40,088 bases of DNA from Eubacteriales bacterium (GTDB lineage Bacteria > Bacillota > Clostridia > Christensenellales > MGBC116941): NCBI GenBank assembly GCA_031550915.1, contig JAVBOF010000018.1:1-40088 (forward strand), given 5' to 3'. The notes under the pieces are model-generated. The model saw only the letters and a program-made list of their open reading frames with translations. It was not told the DNA's origin and ran no database searches. This document shows positions 34,462 to 40,088 of the stretch, in pieces. Both the position numbers and the translations under genes were made by a program. How positions within the stretch are numbered: the first letter of the stretch is position 1; each line of letters starts with the position of its first letter.

Positions 34462-35496
34462 ATGATAAAAGCTGGGGTTTTGGGGGCTACAGGATACGCG
34501 GGAGCCGAATTGGTGAGGCTTTTGCTATCACACCCAAACGTTGAATTGGATTGTCTGGCATCCCACAGCCATGGAGGAAAGCGGATGCAGGACCTGTACC
34601 CGAGCTTTTTGGGCTGCGGAGATCTGGTTTTAGAGGATATAAATATCAAGGATATCGCCGGCAGATGTGACGTCGTTTTCACGTCTCTGCCGCACGGAGC
34701 CTCCGCCGACACTGTCGCGGAGCTTTACAGGAGCGGCGTAAAGGTCATCGACCTCAGCGCCGATTTTCGCTATAACGATAAGGAAGTATACGCTCAATGG
34801 TATGGTTTGCCGCACGCGTATCCGGAGCTTTTAGCCAAATCGGTTTATGGTTTGCCGGAATTATACAGGGATAAGATAAAAAAAGCCGAGCTAATAGGTA
34901 ACCCTGGCTGCTATACAACATGCTCTATTCTTGCGCTTGCCCCGATCCTAAAAGCGGGTCTTATTGAAAACAAGAATATCATTATAGATGCGAAGTCTGG
35001 CGTCAGCGGCGCGGGAAAAGGACTGCGGGACGATTTGATGTTCTGTGAATCGCATGAAAACACAAAGGCTTACGGAATTGCCAAACACAGGCATACTTCC
35101 GAGATAGAGCAGGAATTGAGCCTTGCGGCTGGTGAAAATATAACCTTGAGCTTTACCCCGCACCTGCTTCCTGTAAAACGGGGCATACTCTCCACGATAT
35201 ACGCGAACCTGAAGCCTGAGGCTTGTGTCGAGGACATCCGGGCGGCGTATGAAGCGTATAAGACCGAAAGTTTCGTCGGCGTATACGAGGAAGGCCTTCC
35301 GGAACTGAAGCACGTAGTTGGCTCCAACCGCTGCGCAATAGGATTTGTGATAGATGAAAGACTGCACAGGCTAGTCGTAGTATCCGCGCTGGATAACCTA
35401 ATCAAGGGCGCCGGAGGACAGGCGGTGCAGAATATGAACCTTATGTTTGGATTGGACGAAGCAACGGGGCTGGATAAAGCGGCCTGGTATCTATAG
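34462..35496 (+). CDS. argC: N-acetyl-gamma-glutamyl-phosphate reductase
   Basis: ATG 34462 (MIKAGVLGATGYAGAELVRLL). Active-site motif GNPGCYTT. Confidence 0.95.
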   Translation: MIKAGVLGATGYAGAELVRLLLSHPNVELDCLASHSHGGKRMQDLYPSFLGCGDLVLEDINIKDIAGRCDVVFTSLPHGASADTVAELYRSGVKVIDLSADFRYNDKEVYAQWYGLPHAYPELLAKSVYGLPELYRDKIKKAELIGNPGCYTTCSILALAPILKAGLIENKNIIIDAKSGVSGAGKGLRDDLMFCESHENTKAYGIAKHRHTSEIEQELSLAAGENITLSFTPHLLPVKRGILSTIYANLKPEACVEDIRAAYEAYKTESFVGVYEEGLPELKHVVGSNRCAIGFVIDERLHRLVVVSALDNLIKGAGGQAVQNMNLMFGLDEATGLDKAAWYL

Positions 35497-35508
35497 GAGG
35501 ATAAACTT

Positions 35509-36387
35509 ATGGCAAACAACGGACACAACACATTGATTGAAAAAGCAAATATTCTTATTGAAGCCCTGCCCTATATACAAAGGTTAAGCGGCAAAACAGT
35601 CATCATTAAGTACGGCGGAAACGCTATGCTAAACGATTTGCTTACAGAAAAGATACTGCAGGACGTAACTTTGCTGAAATACGTTGGAGTAAACCCGATA
35701 CTCATTCATGGCGGCGGCCCAGAGATAAACTCGCTTATGGATAAACTCGATATTAAATCCGGCTTCCACAACGGTCTGCGCATAACGGATGAGCAGACGA
35801 TAGAAGTTGTGCAGATGGTTTTGACGGGAAAGATCAATAAGGCCATCGTCGCAAAACTAAACACGCTTGGAGGAAAAGCTATCGGGCTGTGCGGCATAGA
35901 CGCGAATTTAATTTTATGTGATAAAAAGGCACCGGTAGATGGCGTAGATCTTGGATATGTAGGCGAGATCAAGTCTATAAATACAAAGCTTCTCTCCTAT
36001 CTCGTGCAGGATGAATATATACCGGTGATCGCCCCGATAGGAGTCGGCGACGACGGCCAAAGTTACAATATCAACGCGGATACGGTTGCCGGGGAGATAG
36101 CCGCATCGCTCAGCGCGGAGAAGCTGATTTTCCTAACGGATATCGATGGTATAAGGACGGAACCAAAAAACCCAGAAACGCTCATGCATACGATAACCGT
36201 CGGAGAGATACACGATTATATCTCCTCCGGCATTATAGACGGCGGAATGATACCGAAGGTGCAGGGGTGCATCAAGGGCATCGAGCAGGGCGTCAACAGG
36301 ACACATATTTTAGACGGCACGATAGAGCATCCGATTTTGCTGGAGATATTTACGGATAAAGGTATCGGCACTATGGTCACGAAATAA
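35509..36387 (+). CDS. argB: Acetylglutamate kinase
   Basis: 292 aa. Motifs [30 protein letters not shown]. Confidence 0.95.
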   Translation: MANNGHNTLIEKANILIEALPYIQRLSGKTVIIKYGGNAMLNDLLTEKILQDVTLLKYVGVNPILIHGGGPEINSLMDKLDIKSGFHNGLRITDEQTIEVVQMVLTGKINKAIVAKLNTLGGKAIGLCGIDANLILCDKKAPVDGVDLGYVGEIKSINTKLLSYLVQDEYIPVIAPIGVGDDGQSYNINADTVAGEIAASLSAEKLIFLTDIDGIRTEPKNPETLMHTITVGEIHDYISSGIIDGGMIPKVQGCIKGIEQGVNRTHILDGTIEHPILLEIFTDKGIGTMVTK

Positions 36388-36398
36388 CGGAGGCGTTT

Positions 36399-37589
36399 AT
36401 GGATATCAAAAAGATCATTGAACTGGATGAAAAATACTATTTTGGAACCTTTGGCAAACGTACGCCTTTGATGTTCACCCACGGTAATGGCTGTAAGCTA
36501 TATGATTCCGAAGGCCGTGAATATACGGATTTTTTCGCAGGCATCGCCACAAACTGCCTTGGCTACGCCCATGAAGGTTTGACCAAGGCTGTCAAGGAGC
36601 AAGCCGGCGCTATCATGCACTGCTCCAATATTTATTACATCGAAGCGCAGTCCCTGCTTGCAGAAAAGCTTTGCAGTCTGACGGAGTGCAACAGGGTCTT
36701 TTTCTGTAACAGCGGCGCGGAAGCAAACGAAGGCGCGATAAAGCTCGCACGTAAATATTTCTATGGAAAGGGCGATAAGCGATACGAGATATTGACCGCG
36801 CAAAACAGTTTTCACGGTAGGACTATGGCAACACTCGCGGCAACGGGGCAGGAAAAATACCACAAGCCTTATGATCCGCTGACCCCGTCGTTTAAGCACT
36901 TTGTATATAACGATATCGATTCAGTCAAATCATTGATATCGGATAAGACCTGTGCTATCATGGCTGAAACGGTCCTTGGTGAGGGTGGCGTCATACCCGG
37001 AGATATTGATTTTCTCAATGGCCTGCAAAAGCTCTGCGAAGAACATGGATTGCTCTTTATACTGGATGAGATCCAGACAGGCGTATGCCGCACAGGCAGT
37101 TTTTTCAGCTTCCAAAGCCTTGGCTTCACACCTGATATATGCACGCTGGCGAAGGCGCTCGGCGGCGGTATTCCCATTGCGGCTATACTCGCAAAGGATC
37201 ATGTGGCGAAAGCTTTCATTCAGGGCGATCACGGAAGTACCTTCGGAGGCAACCCCCTCGCGTGCGCATCTGCACTGTATACCTGCTCCTATCTGCTGGA
37301 TAATGGCTTTGAAGGCAGAGTAAAAGAACTGGGCAAGTATCTGCTCCAAAAGTTGAAAGAAGCAGTTGAAGGCAGCGAAAATATAGTTGAGATACGCGGC
37401 CGCGGTCTGCTTGTGGGTATAGAATTAAAGGACGGCTTCCCCGCCGCGGACATGGTCCGAAAAGCAAGGGAAAAAGGCTATATAATCGGTACCGCAGGTG
37501 TGAACACATTGCGGCTCGCGCCGCCGTTGATCGTAGAAAAAGATGATATCGACGGGCTTTGCTTATGCCTAAAAGAAATTCTTATGTAA
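36399..37589 (+). CDS. argD: Acetylornithine aminotransferase (class III PLP)
   Basis: 396 aa. Motifs NSGAEANEGAIKLAR, LDEIQTG, PLP-Lys context TLAKALGGG, THGSTFGGNPLA. Confidence 0.9.
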   Translation: MDIKKIIELDEKYYFGTFGKRTPLMFTHGNGCKLYDSEGREYTDFFAGIATNCLGYAHEGLTKAVKEQAGAIMHCSNIYYIEAQSLLAEKLCSLTECNRVFFCNSGAEANEGAIKLARKYFYGKGDKRYEILTAQNSFHGRTMATLAATGQEKYHKPYDPLTPSFKHFVYNDIDSVKSLISDKTCAIMAETVLGEGGVIPGDIDFLNGLQKLCEEHGLLFILDEIQTGVCRTGSFFSFQSLGFTPDICTLAKALGGGIPIAAILAKDHVAKAFIQGDHGSTFGGNPLACASALYTCSYLLDNGFEGRVKELGKYLLQKLKEAVEGSENIVEIRGRGLLVGIELKDGFPAADMVRKAREKGYIIGTAGVNTLRLAPPLIVEKDDIDGLCLCLKEILM

Positions 37590-37601
37590 TGTGGAGGAAA
37601 T

Positions 37602-38603
37602 ATGAAAATAGATTTTGGTCAAAAACATTTGCTTACCTTGCAGGATTATTCAAAGAAGGATATCCTGACCGTTTTATCAGTAGCTTTGAAGTTAAAGGAG
37701 CAGACAAAAAAAGGTATCCCTCATAAACTATTGGCTGGAAAGACACTTGGCATGATCTTTGCGAAATCCTCTACGCGAACAAGGGTAAGCTTCGAAGTCG
37801 GCATCTACCAGCTTGGCGGTATGGGGCTTTTCCTGAATACAAATGACATCCAGTTAGGCCGCGGCGAAACCATAGAGGATACCGCAAAGGTGCTTTCACG
37901 TATGGTGGACGGTATAATGATTCGGACGTTTGCCCAAAAGGATATAGATGACCTCGCAAAATATGGTTCTATACCAATAATCAATGGACTTTCAGATCTC
38001 CTTCACCCATGCCAAGCCCTTGCGGATATTATGACGATTATCGAGTATAAATGCCTTGGCGGAGTGATAACTGCGGATAGCCTCGATAAGATCGATTTTT
38101 CCAAGCTAAAGCTTGCATATGCCGGTGACGGCAACAACGTAGCCCATTCCCTGGCGACGATCTGTTCTAAGCTCGGCATCAATTTTTCTCTGGCTCACCC
38201 TCTTGGTTACGAGCCGGTTGATTTCGTAATCGAAAATTGCAAAAAGAACGCCTCGGCTTCCGGAAGTATATTGACGGTAACAAATGATCTTCCCGAAGCC
38301 ATAGAGGACGCCGATGCCGCCTATACGGATGTTTGGTCAAGTATGGGGCAAAACGCCCCGGATAAAGAGAAGCGCGACCTTTTCCTCCCCTATCAAATTA
38401 ACGCCGACAGCTTTTCCCATGCCAAATCTGATGCGATATTCCTGCACTGCCTGCCTGCGCACAGGGACGAGGAAGTTACCGCTGAAGTTATCGACGGCAA
38501 AAACTCCGCGATATTCGATGAAGCCGAAAACCGCCTGCATGCTCAAAAAGCAGTCATGGCGCTTTTAATGGGCAACAATCTGGAGCTGGAGGCTATGATA
38601 TGA
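37602..38603 (+). CDS. argF: Ornithine carbamoyltransferase
   Basis: 333 aa. Carbamoyl-phosphate motif SSTRTR, HPCQALAD, ornithine motifs DVWSSMG and HCLPA. Confidence 0.95.
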   Translation: MKIDFGQKHLLTLQDYSKKDILTVLSVALKLKEQTKKGIPHKLLAGKTLGMIFAKSSTRTRVSFEVGIYQLGGMGLFLNTNDIQLGRGETIEDTAKVLSRMVDGIMIRTFAQKDIDDLAKYGSIPIINGLSDLLHPCQALADIMTIIEYKCLGGVITADSLDKIDFSKLKLAYAGDGNNVAHSLATICSKLGINFSLAHPLGYEPVDFVIENCKKNASASGSILTVTNDLPEAIEDADAAYTDVWSSMGQNAPDKEKRDLFLPYQINADSFSHAKSDAIFLHCLPAHRDEEVTAEVIDGKNSAIFDEAENRLHAQKAVMALLMGNNLELEAMI

Positions 38604-39112
38604 GCCGAAAGATCGTCGTAAGAAAAGCTACCAGTGACGATATCCTTAATATTGCTTCGATCACGGGCGAAGCATTTAGAAAATATGCTAAGGATCTGGG
38701 GCAGCCGGAAAACGTCAAAGCTTTGAATGAAAAGGAAAGCGATATCCTTTCCGATATCCGAAACAAAAACGTTTTCGTAGGTACATTAGACGGTGAGATG
38801 GTCGGCTCTATACGTTTTGAGATTATAGGTCAATGCGCTTATATAAGCAGGTTTGCCGTTACGCTTATCGCCCAGGGCTGCGGTATGGGCCGCGCGCTGA
38901 TAAACGCCGTCAAGCAGGAATGCCGTGCGTTAGGGCTGAAGGCAATTCTTTTGCATACTTCCTCCCGTATGGCCAGTCTGGTACGGTTTTATTACGGGCA
39001 AGGTTTTTTTGTATACAGTACCGCAATGGACAGGGGTTACGTTAGAGCGCTGCTGGTTTTTGATATCGAAGATAATGATTTGGATATGGAGGCTATCGCC
39101 GGCGATAGATAG
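38600..39112 (+). CDS. GNAT family N-acetyltransferase
   Basis: 170 aa. The ATG overlaps the argF stop (ATGA at 38600-38603). Acetyl-CoA motif A is AQGCGMGRALINAV. Confidence 0.85.
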   Translation: MSRKIVVRKATSDDILNIASITGEAFRKYAKDLGQPENVKALNEKESDILSDIRNKNVFVGTLDGEMVGSIRFEIIGQCAYISRFAVTLIAQGCGMGRALINAVKQECRALGLKAILLHTSSRMASLVRFYYGQGFFVYSTAMDRGYVRALLVFDIEDNDLDMEAIAGDR

Positions 39113-39173
39113 AATTATAGCCCCTGCTTTCTTTTTCCATGAAAGGATAGATGAAAAGAAAAGCGATTATTAT

Positions 39174-39217
39174 AAAGGCTCTAATCTTAGTGTAACACTG
39201 TATTAGAGCCTTTTTAT
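39174..39217. terminator. Bidirectional intrinsic terminator between the GNAT gene and purD
   Basis: AAAGGCTCTAAT (39174-39185) pairs with ATTAGAGCCTTT (39202-39213). It is flanked by an A-rich 5' side and TTTTAT on the 3' side. Confidence 0.7.
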
Positions 39218-39285
39218 ATATTCGTCTTTGTTACTTTTCTTTCAAAGAAAGGCAATACGCCAATCGTTCCTTCTTCTATACTCGT

Positions 39286-40088
39286 TTACTTCTTTATGCC
39301 TATATCCTTGCGGTAGAAAATGCCGTCAAATTTGACCTTCTCGATCTCAGCATAGGCTTTTTTCCTTGCCTCTTCTATATTGCTTCCCACTGCGCTCACG
39401 CCCAGCACCCTGCCTCCGGCGGTAACGATACCGCTACCTTTTTTTGCTGTACCCGCATGGAAAACAAACGCGTCCTTAACGGCATCCAATCCTTTTATAG
39501 TTTTACCCGTCTCATATTTACCCGGATAACCGTCCGAAGCGGCTATAACGCAAACAGCGGAATCCTCGCTCCATTCTATTTCGATCTCATCCAGCCTTTC
39601 ATCGATAACCGCGTCGAAAATGTCGACGATATCCGTCTTAAGCAACGGTAGGATGACCTGCGTTTCAGGATCTCCAAACCTTGCGTTATATTCCAAAACC
39701 CTTGGACCCTTTTCTGTGAGCATAAGACCAAAATATAAAACGCCTTTGAATGTTCTTCCTTCGCTGTCCATGGCACGTATCGTCGGCTCAACAATCTTCT
39801 TTATGCAGAATTCTTCTATCTTCTTCGTAAACAACGGGCTTGGTGCAAAGGTGCCCATCCCTCCGGTGTTCAAGCCTTTATCTCCGTCTAAAGCCCTCTT
39901 GTGGTCCTGGGAGCTCACCATAAGTTTATAGTTTTTTCCATCCACAAATGCCAAAAGCGATAATTCTGGCCCTTCCATAAAGTCTTCAACTACAACGGTC
40001 GTTCCCGCATCGCCAAAAACCTTATCTATCATCATCGAATATAGGGCTTGCTTTCCCTGCTCGTAGGAATCGCATATTATAACACCCT
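39286..40088 (-). CDS. purD: Phosphoribosylamine-glycine ligase, C-terminal part (5' end beyond window)
   Basis: The minus-strand frame is open to the window end. ATP-grasp and C-domain motifs: VVEDFMEGPELSLLAFVDG, DHKRALDGDKGLNTGGMG, LEYNARFGDPETQ, HAGT...GGRVLGV. Confidence 0.9.
   Translation of the reverse strand, partial: GVIICDSYEQGKQALYSMMIDKVFGDAGTTVVVEDFMEGPELSLLAFVDGKNYKLMVSSQDHKRALDGDKGLNTGGMGTFAPSPLFTKKIEEFCIKKIVEPTIRAMDSEGRTFKGVLYFGLMLTEKGPRVLEYNARFGDPETQVILPLLKTDIVDIFDAVIDERLDEIEIEWSEDSAVCVIAASDGYPGKYETGKTIKGLDAVKDAFVFHAGTAKKGSGIVTAGGRVLGVSAVGSNIEEARKKAYAEIEKVKFDGIFYRKDIGIKK

Noticed and set aside
1-40088. CRISPR arrays, tRNA/rRNA genes, IS elements, integrases, prophage or known defence-system genes
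   Set aside because: I noticed no regularly spaced direct repeats in any intergenic region, and all gaps are under 330 nt. No ORF has transposase, recombinase, nuclease-helicase or Cas-like motifs. A by-eye scan cannot exclude short dispersed repeats.

Overview
This 40-kb chromosomal window looks like a Firmicutes/Clostridia-type genome, judged by spoIVFB-like and minCDE-rodA content, GGAGG-type RBSs and frequent TTG/GTG starts. I call 36 protein-coding genes, densely packed. I recognised no rRNA, tRNA, CRISPR array, transposase, integrase or phage genes.

Layout:
- 1-5.6 kb (minus strand): spoIVFA-like, spoIVFB-like, radical-SAM, DUF2344-like and RNase G genes.
- 5.9-10.3 kb (plus): minC-minD-minE, an EAL-HDOD gene, then rodA.
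- 10.4-12 kb: a flavodoxin-like oxidoreductase and an orphan DXD glycosyltransferase.
- 12.1-21.6 kb: a c-di-GMP/phosphorelay island. It holds a membrane GGDEF cyclase, a 1499-aa multi-PAS hybrid histidine kinase, a divergent 830-aa hybrid-kinase paralogue and a REC-HD-GYP phosphodiesterase.
- 21.7-30.9 kb: mixed metabolism. This includes a rubredoxin-fused GltB-like FMN protein, eda, an SCP2-like gene with an Fe-ADH, zupT, pgi, a sugar-phosphate isomerase and a PduO-like protein.
- 31.2-34.3 kb (minus): a MacAB-type adaptor/ATPase/permease efflux operon.
- 34.4-39.1 kb (plus): argC-argB-argD-argF-GNAT behind an ARG-box-like promoter.
- 39.3 kb to the end (minus): the 3' part of purD.

The most unusual observation concerns the second hybrid kinase. 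It keeps the ATP-binding boxes and both receiver aspartates but has lost both phospho-accepting histidines (H-box His->Leu, Hpt His->Lys). This suggests a pseudo-kinase/connector in a phosphorelay that ends at an HD-GYP enzyme.

Other items worth a second look are the uncharacterised radical-SAM/DUF2344/RNase G module, a GNAT translationally coupled to argF in an argJ-less cluster, an unannotated 38-aa membrane peptide, and an orphan rubredoxin-GltB-like protein.

All family assignments come from motif recognition by eye. No HMM or BLAST search was possible.
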